Assembly: GCA_964019335.1 (NCBI GenBank)
Contig: OZ025692.1
Span: forward strand, 372,001 to 436,000
DNA from: Diplonema japonicum
Lineage: Eukaryota; Protista; Euglenozoa: Diplonemea
Length of the DNA stretch: 64,000 nucleotides
Reading direction: 5' to 3'
The translations under genes were made by a program, and so were the position numbers. Numbering within the stretch: the first letter of the stretch is position 1; each line of letters starts with the position of its first letter. The notes under the pieces were generated by a model. It was not told the origin of the DNA. It searched no databases and was given only the letters and a program-made list of their open reading frames with translations. Below, piece by piece: positions 45,567-56,193 of the stretch.

Positions 45567-45721
45567 GTTTTCCCTCCACCCCTCTTTGCTGTGTTTGCTA
45601 CATGTGAAAGGCAAAGGGTGGTGAAGGTAACTACTAAAGACTTTTTTTTCCTTCTTTTCTCTCCCTCCCTCAGAAGAAGGGGGGGTCTCTCTTTTTTTTT
45701 TTTTTTTTTCCCGTCTTCTCT

Positions 45722-46156
45722 TCAAAAATAGCCTTCATGATAACTATAGTAATTCGGTTTAACGCGGTAATGCCCGGTGAGCTGCATGACGGCAGCATGA
45801 GCAGGCCCCTGGATGGGGGAGGTGCTTGTCGCGAGCTTGAAGCGAATCTTCCTGGCCTCGTCTAAGAAATCAACATAGAGCAATTTTTCCAGCCCTTTTA
45901 GCCAGTCGTCCTCGTACCGTGACCGTGTGCGCATTTGTTCGTTCAGCAGTTGCTTCCGTTCACACTCTATCACCCGCTGCCTGTGGTGCACACTCCGCCG
46001 AATTTTTGAGATCCCTTGCAGCACCTCCGACACCTCCTCGATCATTTCCTCATGGATCTTTTCCATATCCCGCCCCTCGTCCCTGATGACTTCCACCCTC
46101 ATCTTCGCTTCGGCCTTCTGCATGTGCAGGTGTGCATTTGGGTGCGGCAGACACAT
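45722..46156 (-). CDS. Hypothetical helical protein
   Basis: Complex-sequence ORF from MCLPHP (46156) with a charged helix. Confidence 0.55.
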   Translation of the reverse strand: MCLPHPNAHLHMQKAEAKMRVEVIRDEGRDMEKIHEEMIEEVSEVLQGISKIRRSVHHRQRVIECERKQLLNEQMRTRSRYEDDWLKGLEKLLYVDFLDEARKIRFKLATSTSPIQGPAHAAVMQLTGHYRVKPNYYSYHEGYF

Positions 46157-46424
46157 ACCCCCCCCCCCCCCCCCCACCACCACCACCTTTTGTTTAAAAA
46201 AGCGAATTGTTGCTACGAGGAATTAAAAAAAAAATCAAAAAAGAAATTGGCATTGAAATAATAATACAGAAGTGGGAAAGAGGGTGGGATAGGGGATGGG
46301 GGAAGACAGTTTTTCTCTCTCTCCCCCCCCAGTTCCCCCTTCTTTTTTTAAAGGATACTTCAGAGAGGGTGGGGGGGGGGGGGGGGGGGTTGACAAAGGG
46401 GGGAGTAACAGGAGGGGGAACTAA

Positions 46425-46455
<31 letters not shown>

Positions 46456-46500
46456 GAAAAGAGCAAGTTTTTTTTCTTCTTCTTCGAGGGTTTCTCTTTC

Positions 46501-48150
46501 TCACCACTCCCAGTTTTCATCCGGGTCGATAGTTGCCGGATTAGGATCCGTGAGGAGCACGCGTCGTGTTGGCGGGGAGAAGGGGGGTGGGAACATCACT
46601 GATGCATCGTCGGCATCTTCAATGGGATCTTCCAGGGGCAGAAGAGGCGGTTTTACATCTTCTTTTTTGACAGTGGCGGTGGTAGTGGAAGCAAGGGGCA
46701 GGGGCGGGGGGTAAGAAGTACCACCAGCAACAGCCCCAGGACGGGTTCTGCTCACCGGAACTACCTCAGCGGCCGCTTCGTTCTCCTTTATCCAGAGCTT
46801 CAGCCTTCGCAAGGCCAGTGCTTTGTCCTCTTTGCACAGCTTTGAACGATTGATCTTAGTAACAGTCGGCTCGTGATTCCACGAACAGTACCCATCTTCA
46901 CCATTGAACAAGGTTTCCATCCAGTGACAGGATGCGCAGTACTTACACTGTCTAGAGGCATGAGAAGAAGCGGATGTTGCCCATTGGTGGAAGGTTGATC
47001 TGCAGGGATATTCCTTTTGCAAAGTTGTTTTAGGTGCGAAAATCGGGTTCTCCGTAGGTGTTTGCCTGCTGGCTCGCCGGGTGTTTCTAGGCTTCCACTC
47101 CCCTTCGTTGGCATCCAAATCGATCGGCGTCACTTTTCTTTCCTTCGCCGGTGGCGGCACAGCAGGCATGGCACGCATTGACGGCTTGGGCCTCTCGGGG
47201 ATCGTCGCCACGATTTCAACTTCATCATGTTTTTCTTCTTCTTCATCCTCGTCGTCGAGTTCTATGATGTCGGCGTCTATTTTTCGTTTTTTGGTGAACT
47301 GCACTTTCGGAAGTGATTTCACAACGGGTGGTGTGTCTTGTATCTGTTGCTTCTGCTCGGCCGCCTTCTTCATTCTCAACTCCTTCTCCTCCTCCCGCAG
47401 CTTTTCGAGCACGAACGGCAAATAGCTCCCCTCAGGCACTGGTGTCGAATCATCCCACTCCGTGATCTGCATCCAAGCATCATCTATGCAGTGTATTTTT
47501 TCCCAACCCTTGTCAGACACCATGGAAGCGAGGCTTGTGTCGGTGAAAACAGCTTCCGATAGTGAGATAACATTCTTAGAAGCATGGTTGGTGATGAAAC
47601 CCCTTGCCACGACACCGAGGGACTTGGTTCCGTCAGAAGAGACCACCAAAATCGAAGAGGTGTGATCAATAGCGTCCCATGTCACCCTCGTAACAGTAGG
47701 ATCGATACCCCTGTTGAGGCACGAGGTGTGCACTATACACAGTTGTGGTGTAGACAGTCGTGGAGCAACCTCTGAGGGAACTTCTGCTTTAACGTACCTC
47801 CCGTTTCTTGCCTCGTCGTGGGGTACCGGGGGGTAGATGGGCTGTTGTGATGGCTCAAATACGGGTTCGTCGAAATTCTTCTCCGGCTGCACCGGTGTTC
47901 GCTGCTTCATCATCATGGCCCCTACTCCTTTGTTCTTTTCGTGGAGACTCCTTTTCACCTCCACAGCGTCTTCAAGCGAATGTCTTCCCACCGAGTCTGG
48001 TACGATTAACTCACCAGCCATGAATCTTTTCGGCCGTTCAGGGGTGCGGAGTGGATCGCTGCCCCCACTACTCCGACCTCCTTCTCTGTCCGAGTCCCCT
48101 CCCTCCACTACACCTGTTAGATAATTCAGTAAATGAGGTCGGGTAGACAT
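46501..48150 (-). CDS. Hypothetical protein (possible Cys/His metal-binding motif)
   Basis: About 549-aa ORF from MSTRPHL; contains C.STFH..CKYCASCHW..GYCSWNH. Confidence 0.7.
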   Translation of the reverse strand: MSTRPHLLNYLTGVVEGGDSDREGGRSSGGSDPLRTPERPKRFMAGELIVPDSVGRHSLEDAVEVKRSLHEKNKGVGAMMMKQRTPVQPEKNFDEPVFEPSQQPIYPPVPHDEARNGRYVKAEVPSEVAPRLSTPQLCIVHTSCLNRGIDPTVTRVTWDAIDHTSSILVVSSDGTKSLGVVARGFITNHASKNVISLSEAVFTDTSLASMVSDKGWEKIHCIDDAWMQITEWDDSTPVPEGSYLPFVLEKLREEEKELRMKKAAEQKQQIQDTPPVVKSLPKVQFTKKRKIDADIIELDDEDEEEEKHDEVEIVATIPERPKPSMRAMPAVPPPAKERKVTPIDLDANEGEWKPRNTRRASRQTPTENPIFAPKTTLQKEYPCRSTFHQWATSASSHASRQCKYCASCHWMETLFNGEDGYCSWNHEPTVTKINRSKLCKEDKALALRRLKLWIKENEAAAEVVPVSRTRPGAVAGGTSYPPPLPLASTTTATVKKEDVKPPLLPLEDPIEDADDASVMFPPPFSPPTRRVLLTDPNPATIDPDENWEW

Positions 48151-48170
48151 TTTTTTTTTTTTGTTGTTCA

Positions 48171-48203
<33 letters not shown>

Positions 48204-48637
48204 ATATTTATTGCTGTGTAATACAATAGGATGAAAACAAAAGAAAAGGCAGATCAACAGGGTTGTGTAAAGAAGAAGGTGTGGGGGAAAAAAAAAAAAA
48301 AAAGTCCCGAAGAGACCTTCATAAGGGAAGCAAACATAATATAAGTTCTTCATTCAGGGAGATCGGGCATGGTGACCAAACCTCTCTTCTTGTAGCGATT
48401 TTGGCGTTTTTTTTTTCTTCTTTCCCGAATATAATAATAGCACAGTATGAAGATAAAAGAAAAATGGGGGAAGGGGGGGGGAGAGGGCTTAGAAGGGGCT
48501 TCATTTTTTTAATGCTGCGCCCCTCCCTCTCCCCCTCTCCATTTAGTCTGGTCTTCAACAACGTTTTTTTTTTTTTTTTTTTCCAAATGATTTTGTTTTC
48601 CTTTTCTTTTTTTTTTTTCTTCCTAAGTTTTATTTCA

Positions 48638-49463
48638 CTATTCACCAGACAAGCTATTCTCACCGACTCTACAAGAGCTACCATGGGTGGGACATGCCTT
48701 GTATTTTTTTTTTTTTTTTTCTCTCTTTCCCCTCCCCTCTTCCCTAACATACCCTTGAATCGGGGAATTTCATAAGAACCTTCGAGGTGGGATCGATGTG
48801 AAAAAGGTTGTTTTTGTCTTTTGTGAGGGTCACGATGTGAGCGCTCCCAGGGCTGCTAAGGAGCTCAAAGTCCGGCACAGACAAGTTGAAAAGTTTCATA
48901 AGAAGCGTGCGAATTGTGATGCCATGAGAGATCATGACGACTGTCAGGCCCCCTGTGGGGGGCAGCTCGTTGGTGAGACCTTCAAGCAGGCTACTGCTAC
49001 GTCCAAATACATCTGAAGCGCTCTCCCCTTCTCGGTACCGAAAGAAGAACTTCCCGTACCTCTTCCTCAGCTGGCTCAGCGGGGCCTTCGTGTTCGGGTT
49101 CTGATAGTTCCCCAGCTGCTGGTCGGAGAGCCGTGGTTCCTCCTTGGCACCCAGTACCTTCACACCTCTTGGCAGCCCGTACCTCAGCAGGTGATACGTT
49201 TGCTTTGCTCTCTCGTACGGACTCACGTAGAAGAATACCTTCCCGTTCTTCACGACCTTTCCTAGCTTCCCCCCGAGCTGCTCTGCCTGTCTCTCCCCCC
49301 GCTCCGTGAGCGGGACTTTCCAGTCAGGCTGATGCCCCGTGATCCCAGGGTTCACCTGCGCAACACTCTGTGCATGTTGGATTAAAACTATCTTGTCGAC
49401 TATCGAGGCAAGGTGCTGGTGGCTGTGGGGCAAGCACCCTGTGTGGGAGGCAACGGCGGCCAT
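48638..49463 (-). CDS. Histidine phosphatase / phosphoglycerate-mutase-like protein (Det1-like)
   Basis: IVLIQHAQS (RHG variant), LTERGERQA, SPYERAKQT, FFFRYREGES.SDV..R, ISHG. Inferred 3' intron 48698-48752 extends the CDS to TAG at 48638 (unspliced stop is 48744). Confidence 0.85.
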
Positions 49464-49593
49464 CCCCCTGCCCCTGCATGCACCTAGGGATGGACGTTAT
49501 TAGTTGTACCAAAAAAAAAGGGGGGGGAAGAAAAATACGGGCAATCAACAAAAGTACAGTACGTAAGGAAAAGATTTTTTTTTTTGAAACAAT

Positions 49594-50478
49594 TCACATC
49601 TGCATTGATCGCATCCCTATCGGGGTTGTGGGTACTGGGGGGTTGTTGCGCTGCGATGGTGACCACTTCCGAGAGGAGGGCGGGTTCCCGTTGGGATGCT
49701 GCAACTGCTGCTGCGGGGTGTGAGGGGCCGCATACTGCTGCTGTGTACCAGAAAGGGACAGAGAAGAGACAAGGTGGTGGATGGTGTGGCGGGCTTCCTC
49801 GAGCTGAGAGTAGAGTTCCTTCCAGGCAGTCATGATGTCATCGTACCACACAACAGTCTTGGGCTTGCAGGAGGAGCAGAGGTACCGGGAGATGTTTGAT
49901 TTCAAGGGCGCTGTGTTGGTTTGCAACCGCCTGAACAGCTGCATGGTGTCGTTGTGGAGGGTATGGTTCAAATCGGTGAGTTTTTCAACCCGTCTGGAGA
50001 GGTACTCACTGTGCTGGCGTGCGGCGAGAAGCTCCCCGGCAAGCCCGCTTCCGGCAGCGTTTAAAACCTGTTTTTGCAGCCTCCGCAACTGGTCGACTTC
50101 TTCTTGAAGTATGTTCACTGCTGTGTCCTTGTCTTCCAGTTCTTGATGCAGCCGTTCTATGACATCCTCTGCGGGTGTTCCTTGAACAGCGTGTCGTCTC
50201 AAGTTTGCGTTGATGTCCGCGATTTTGTTTGTGTACTTCTTCTCGGCCACCTCGGCACGGTACGCCTTTTCCACTTCCTTCAAACGGTAGAACTCCCTCT
50301 TCGCCGCCTCGCTTTTCCGCTTCTCCTCCGCGGCCTCCCCTTCCGCTTTCCTCAGCGACCGTGTTAAATTCTGCAGTTCTTGAATCGTATCGTGGTGGCT
50401 CCTCGCGCTCCATGTTTTCCGCAACTCTTCAAGCTCGGCGTCTAACACCGTTGCCCCGAAGCCAGGGGGGAACGACAT
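49594..50478 (-). CDS. Hypothetical coiled-coil protein
   Basis: 294-aa ORF, heptad-rich, with a CxxC near the C-terminus. Confidence 0.7.
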   Translation of the reverse strand: MSFPPGFGATVLDAELEELRKTWSARSHHDTIQELQNLTRSLRKAEGEAAEEKRKSEAAKREFYRLKEVEKAYRAEVAEKKYTNKIADINANLRRHAVQGTPAEDVIERLHQELEDKDTAVNILQEEVDQLRRLQKQVLNAAGSGLAGELLAARQHSEYLSRRVEKLTDLNHTLHNDTMQLFRRLQTNTAPLKSNISRYLCSSCKPKTVVWYDDIMTAWKELYSQLEEARHTIHHLVSSLSLSGTQQQYAAPHTPQQQLQHPNGNPPSSRKWSPSQRNNPPVPTTPIGMRSMQM

Positions 50479-50555
50479 ATGACCGTGTTCTTATTCACCC
50501 CTCCTTTTTGAGTCGTAAAAACGTCTATAAAAACATCTTTTTTAAAAAGAAAACC

Positions 50556-51482
50556 TCAAGGTTTGACCCCTGTAATAACGACGAACTGCACGGTGTCGGT
50601 GCGCCAGAGTAGCCGCATGAGCGCAGCGATGCCTTTGTATTGCATCCAGATAGAAAGGGGTGTCACGCCGGAGAAACGGGTTTCGTGGGTTTGGAGGAAC
50701 TCGGCGAAACCTGGGAAGACCGCCTCCCCGATGAGCTCGTACTTGACGTCCTCAAAGCCGATCTGTTCAAGCTGTGCCTTGTACTCATCGGGGGAGACGA
50801 GGTTGGGGAAAGGCAGCGACGTCACACGACAGACTACCCATGCTGCAAAGCGGGGCAAAGCGCTCCATGTGCGCACTGGTGTAGTAACAACGATGTCGGA
50901 ACAGGCCAAGACACCCTTTGACGATAAAACCGAATAACCCTTTTCTAAAAACGGCGCTCTTGACGGGGCGTAATGATACGACGAATCTAAGGAAAGCACC
51001 TTTGTCACGCCGGGGACCGAGGGGAGGTCGCAAGCACTTCCTACATGCAGGTCAGCGTTGTAGTTAGAAAGCTTGCCGCGTGCCGCCTGTACCTCCACAG
51101 GGCTGATGTTCACACCGAAAACTTTTTTCACGTGAAAATCGTCGAACCAGATTTTGCATTGTTCTCCTCTTCCAAACCCTACGTCCATTACTATATCGGT
51201 GTCTCGCAATCCAGCCGCCTTCCCCAGACGGGTGGCCATTTCTTTGCACGCTTCAATGTACTCCCGCCCTGGTGCCCATATCCCTAGGTTCATCCATTCT
51301 GTTGTCGCTGTTAGGTTTAATAGTAACGCATCCAGTTCTTCGTAGCCCCCGTTGTACTTTTTACCCGCTCTGCTGCCCAACAGCACCAACCCCATACCCA
51401 CTGCCATGCCTACCATCCCCTTTGTCCCGCACGTCCATCCTGTCACTGCAATGGCTACCACTTTCCATGGGGCGAGATGCAT
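50556..51482 (-). CDS. Class I SAM-dependent small-molecule/lipid methyltransferase with N-terminal hydrophobic segment
   Basis: WMNLGIW, VMDVGFGRG, GVNIS, GSA, LDSSYHY and G.L..SD motifs. Confidence 0.85.
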   Translation of the reverse strand: MHLAPWKVVAIAVTGWTCGTKGMVGMAVGMGLVLLGSRAGKKYNGGYEELDALLLNLTATTEWMNLGIWAPGREYIEACKEMATRLGKAAGLRDTDIVMDVGFGRGEQCKIWFDDFHVKKVFGVNISPVEVQAARGKLSNYNADLHVGSACDLPSVPGVTKVLSLDSSYHYAPSRAPFLEKGYSVLSSKGVLACSDIVVTTPVRTWSALPRFAAWVVCRVTSLPFPNLVSPDEYKAQLEQIGFEDVKYELIGEAVFPGFAEFLQTHETRFSGVTPLSIWMQYKGIAALMRLLWRTDTVQFVVITGVKP

Positions 51483-51875
51483 GGTTTTTTATATTTTTCG
51501 TGTTGCTGGGGGGGGGGGGGGGTTAGAATTTCTTGGTAGAAAGAAGAGGGTGATTTAAAAAGTAGAAGGATGTGTGTGGGGGTTTTTTTTTTCTCCCCTC
51601 CCCCCTTGTTTTCTTTTTTTTTGTTCTCCTCTCCGCGACGCGCCGGTTCAGGTCTCCTCCAGAAGTTTGATGTTAGAAAAAAAAAAGAAAAGAAAAAAAA
51701 AAAGAGAGCTCCCCCCTCCCTCCTTCTTTTTTCTTAGTTCTGGGCTTTAATGGACCTCCGCTGCGACTGGGAGAGTAAAGGAGGATGAGTGAGTAGTAAA
51801 AAGAGGTGAAAAAAAAAGGGGGGGGAGAGGGGAACCCACACTAAAAAAAAACACTTTTTCTTCTTTCCTCACCAC

Positions 51876-53633
51876 CTATTTGGCCTCGGGCTTAACATCG
51901 AGCTTCTTCTTCCCTCCTTCCCTGTCATTTGTTTTCCCTCCCTTTTATTTTCCCCGCCATACCACTGAAGCGGCTTCCTGGCCATAAAGTCTGCCACAAT
52001 TTCGTCAGTGACTGCCTTGCGGGCTGCCTGGTGCCCGCTGACGATAGGGGTGATCACCTCACATAATATCTTCTTAATGTCACCGGTAAGCATGGTGCCG
52101 GCAGTGTACTCCTGTGAGTTTCTTTTTTTTTTTTCCCATCCTTCTCCACACCTTTCGGATCCTTGCAAGCTCTTCATCATCCGCCATGAAGAAGGTCAAC
52201 CACTGGAAGGGTACGTCGATGTCTGCGTGGCCACCAAGCTCCATGTGCTGCTCCTTCGTGGCACCACCACCTGAGAACGCATGCTTGTTGATCTTGTCTT
52301 TGATCTTCTTAGCTGTGTCTGTGAGGAAGATGGCTGAGGAGTCAATCGAAGCGGACATCTTTGTCTTGGGTCCTTGCAGAGATGGGAAGAAGGTTGAGTG
52401 CAACAAGCCGGGTTTCATCCATCCAAGACGGGGTGCAATGTCCCTCGTCATTCTGAAGTACGGGTCCTGATCGATGGCGCAAGGGATCAAGCAAGGGATG
52501 TTCTTCTTCACATCGGGGAAGATGTGCGGGAAGGCGCATGAGAAAGATGGTGCAGCCTGCACAGGAGGGAACCCCCACTTCCCGATGTTGTCGCTTCCGC
52601 TGAACCCGAAGCATCCCTTCACTTGGTTGCAAGTGGTCGCCTTCCCAATCCTCGCGATGACCCTGTACATCTCGCCGTAGTAGTCGAAGTCCCTGAAGAT
52701 GAAGGTCTTCTTTGCATCGAACCCCAACGCGATGATGTCCTTGATGTTCTCCACAGCCATCTTCTCCACCACGGGGATCGTCAGCTGCTCCTTCACGTAG
52801 AATTTTTCGTCGTCCGTGACTTGGATAACAAGCGGGACATCGAACACGTCCTGCAACCACTTTGTGAACATGAAGGGGATCAGATGTCCCATGTGCATCG
52901 CGTCGGAAGAGGGGCCACGTCCAGTGTAAAGATAGAACGATTGTCCCTTCTCGTAGAAATCAAGCATTTTGTGCATATCTCTATGCGAGAAGAACATGCC
53001 CCTTCTCAACCAGTGGTGGGGTTGCTTTCCGGTCACCTTCTCGATTCGTTCCAGCAGCTTGTTGTCAATGCGTTGCGACCCGAACTGTTCGATGAGCTTA
53101 TCGTAGTCGATGCCCTTCTCGCCGCCCTCCACGGACCAGGGGTCTATTTTCTGCCCGCCTTCAAGGTTGCTGATTTCCTTCTGTTGCTGTTCAATGCTTG
53201 CTTGGAGGTCGGCAATGACTTGGTTTGCCATTTCGATTTTCTTGCAGGTGCTGAGGGATTCCAGTTTCACTTTCATGTGCGCGCTTGACTTGGCTTTTAG
53301 CTCGGCGTCGCTGTTGTGGGTGCTGCAGAGCGGTACCATTAAACAGTCGAAAAAGAATTCCGCTCCTTTCGCGCTTGCGGCGTACAATTCTTCCCAATCC
53401 TTTGCGGAATCAGAGGCGTAGAACAACCCGCAGTCCGTTGCCTTTGCCTTACATCCAGCTTCCGCACAGCACACATCGCTCACAGCACTCCCTGTGAACG
53501 TCGCCACACACTTCAACCTTGAAAGCCCATCTGTCCTCACTATTATGCTGTCGGTGTTCTTCAGCCTCTTCAACTGTTCCTTCTTAACCGACCCCGGTTT
53601 CAGCGTGTTCACAAACAAGTCGCTTGTCGACAT
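51876..53633 (-). CDS. WARS: Tryptophanyl-tRNA synthetase (cytosolic/eukaryotic type) with Cys-rich N-terminal extension
   Basis: [49 protein letters not shown]. Introns 52112-52151 and 51922-51962. Start taken at 53633 because the in-frame ATG at 53735 lies inside a transposon. Confidence 0.93.
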
Positions 53634-53666
53634 TGTATAGTTCCTAGGAGGGGATGTGATGATTAA

Positions 53667-54050
53667 CCTTAAACAGCCAGGGGGGAGGGGTAATTGATCT
53701 TTGAAATTTTTCGGTTTTGACCCATGGAGGTGCATCGACCAGATGCCATGAGTTCATTTGTTATTCCTGGAAATCATAAATTTTCAGTGTGCATGGAGGT
53801 GCTCACCTCACTGTCTGGTGCCTGCGATGGCTGTTTGTCACGATGAGATGGACGGCATCTGGGCGAGAAACATTTATTGGATTGGAGTGCACAAGGTAGG
53901 GGGCAGTTTGGTTCGAGGAAAAGAGAGTACATGCACCCTCGGTTTGGCGTTGGCAGGGAAAGCTGACCTTCCACATCTCGCAAACCCGGCTCATCCCAGG
54001 CGTTGGAAGTGAGCACCCACTTCCTTTTTTCCGTATAAGGCCTAGTGACT

Positions 54051-54084
<34 letters not shown>

Positions 54085-54222
54085 AAATGGGACAAATCCG
54101 AAAAATGCCCATTTAACGCAGATTTTCAAAATATTTCTGTTCCATTTTTTCTTTTATGTCCGAAACTTTGGTCTACATGACCCGAGAACAATTACGCCTG
54201 TTAATGCTTGGCTGTTTAAGGG
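53667..54222. mobile_element. Non-autonomous piggyBac-like element (~556 bp)
   Basis: TTAA at 53663-66 and 54223-26. Termini ccttaaacagcca / tggctgtttaaggg. Asymmetric subterminal inverted repeat 53706-53725 versus 54087-54106 (18/20). Confidence 0.82.
53795..53870. repeat. Dispersed repeat copy B (related to 24167-24263), nested in the piggyBac-like element
   Basis: Same ggaggtgctcac and agatggacggcatctgggcgagaaa motifs. ggtgctcac (53798-806) is inverted at gtgagcacc (54009-17). Confidence 0.65.
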
Positions 54223-54320
54223 TTAAGAAACAGAAACGAAAAAAAATTCAAAATAAGAGTAACAAATCTAATAGTTTTAAGGTAACGTTTGGGTAAAGAG
54301 TAGTAGGAATAGGAGGGGCG

Positions 54321-56090
54321 TCACGACAGAGCCGTCTCGTACGCTTCGAATTCTTCTGTGACACGGATGTCATCTGTCAGCCTGTCGACCCGCGCCATGA
54401 TTGTGGCGGCAGCATCCTTGAGGAAGATGAGTTGCTTCTTTTTGGTGGCGAGGTGTTCGGAGTCATGGCGGGAGGCTGCAATGGTGATCTTGCGGCCTGC
54501 ACGGACTACCCTGTGGACGTACTCAGGAATGCCCGCTGTTTGCTTGATGAGCGTGGGTATCTTATTGGAAGGGATGAGCCCTTCTAAGTCCGCTGGATGC
54601 ACCATGCCTTCCGTCGACAGAATGGCCCACTCTGCATTGAGCTCCAGCAGTGTCCTGTGAGACAACGACAGCACCACGGACGCATTGCAGACAGTGATCG
54701 TGTGCACGCAAGATGTGATCACGGTGTGCTCTTTGACCTTCTTCCCGTCTGCCAAGAAGACTGCACCGCTCAAGCACTCCATCTTGGAATATGCCAGCAT
54801 AACCTTTCTAAACCCGAACCCGTCTGCCATCACATGGGGTACGAGGAACATTGCTTTGCAGAATGACGTGAGCTTCTTGTCATGCCACGAGCCCTGCAAC
54901 CTGACACCCAAAGCCCGCCAGCCTGCAAGCACTGAGCTGTCTTCCACCACATCTGGAAGGTGTGGGTGGTGATGTTGTGTGATGAGTCTTTTCCAGTATC
55001 CCACAACTGCGCCCATTTTACTGCGAACCGACGGCTTGTAAACAGCAATGCATTCCGCAGCGTGTTGTACCAACCTGCAGTACATCTGACTGAGGTCCAC
55101 CTCTTTGTGCGCGGGCGGCAGGATCCTTGTCCAGTCAACAGCTAGCACCATGCTGCTCTCGTCCCGAATCTCACGGACTACCCGTTGTGTGATGTGGTAG
55201 GTCAGGTGGTCGATCCCCGCTTCCTCAGGACCCACAACTGCAATTCTAAACGGCGATTTGGTGATGGGTGCTTCTAATGCCTTCCTGTTGTACGTGTCGG
55301 GCAAGAACTCAGCCGGTGCAAGATTCTGAGCTTTCAAAAAGCCTTCCCAAGCAGTGTCGAACGCCTTGTCGGCATCTGTCAGTACCTGCAAGTACTTTGT
55401 GGCAGCTGGGTGACCCTCCTCGCCTATCGCAGACACGATCTCTTTGAATATCTTGAAGTAAAACGGCCCAAGGTGTGTCAACGGCTGGAAGGCGGTCTCA
55501 ATGCTAACCACCTCGTCCTCCGCCAGCCGTGCTTTTCGTTCCGCAATGGCCTTCTTCCTTGGAGACACGCGGGGCTTCGGTGACACCGAACGCTTGACTA
55601 CAGGCGTGAGCGGTGTCACCGCCACGGCCTCATCCTTTTCTTTGTCTATTTCTTTCCGGTGTTCTGGGTTTTCAATCAGCTGGGGTGAAGGAAGGGAAGG
55701 AGGGGTGGTTGGCAGTGGCTCTAGGTCGCTTTTCATTTGCAAGATAGGAGGGGATGAAGGCAGGGGCTGACGCTCCGCAGGTTTCTTAATAGGAGACACA
55801 ACAGGGGGCTGCCACCTTGACTCCTTCGGAGTAACGGTAGGGCTCTTCGGGAACAATTGCCCAGAAGACAGAATAGGGCTAACCCCAGGGGAAGACATAG
55901 GCCTGCTCTCTGACCTTAACGGCTGGTGCGGTTGTGGGGGCGTCGTCAACGGCACAGGCACCGGACTCAGCATCGAAGCCCCACCGCTCAGCTCCACCTC
56001 CTTCCGTATCCCCTTCAGGAGCAGCTCTAACTCAGCTGCTTTTTGCTTCTCATTGATCAGATCCCTTCTGAGGGATACCATGCCATTCAT
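54321..56090 (-). CDS. Hypothetical protein (Pro/Ser-rich N-terminus, globular C-terminal domain)
   Basis: About 589-aa ORF from the first in-frame ATG (MNGMVSLRR, 56090). Confidence 0.72.
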   Translation of the reverse strand: MNGMVSLRRDLINEKQKAAELELLLKGIRKEVELSGGASMLSPVPVPLTTPPQPHQPLRSESRPMSSPGVSPILSSGQLFPKSPTVTPKESRWQPPVVSPIKKPAERQPLPSSPPILQMKSDLEPLPTTPPSLPSPQLIENPEHRKEIDKEKDEAVAVTPLTPVVKRSVSPKPRVSPRKKAIAERKARLAEDEVVSIETAFQPLTHLGPFYFKIFKEIVSAIGEEGHPAATKYLQVLTDADKAFDTAWEGFLKAQNLAPAEFLPDTYNRKALEAPITKSPFRIAVVGPEEAGIDHLTYHITQRVVREIRDESSMVLAVDWTRILPPAHKEVDLSQMYCRLVQHAAECIAVYKPSVRSKMGAVVGYWKRLITQHHHPHLPDVVEDSSVLAGWRALGVRLQGSWHDKKLTSFCKAMFLVPHVMADGFGFRKVMLAYSKMECLSGAVFLADGKKVKEHTVITSCVHTITVCNASVVLSLSHRTLLELNAEWAILSTEGMVHPADLEGLIPSNKIPTLIKQTAGIPEYVHRVVRAGRKITIAASRHDSEHLATKKKQLIFLKDAAATIMARVDRLTDDIRVTEEFEAYETALS

Positions 56091-56193
56091 CTCCCAACCT
56101 GTAAGAACTGTGTCTGAAAGAAAATTGATTTCTCTTCTCGTGTACACAACTTTACTATAACGATATTGTTTTAAAGTGCAACTAAACACACTG

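Noticed and set aside
49464-49600. Possible cis-splice fusion of the coiled-coil gene to the histidine phosphatase
   Set aside because: The candidate donor (AT|GTGAAT) and acceptor (TAG at 49484) phases do not match, and the gap is pyrimidine-rich like a trans-splice site.
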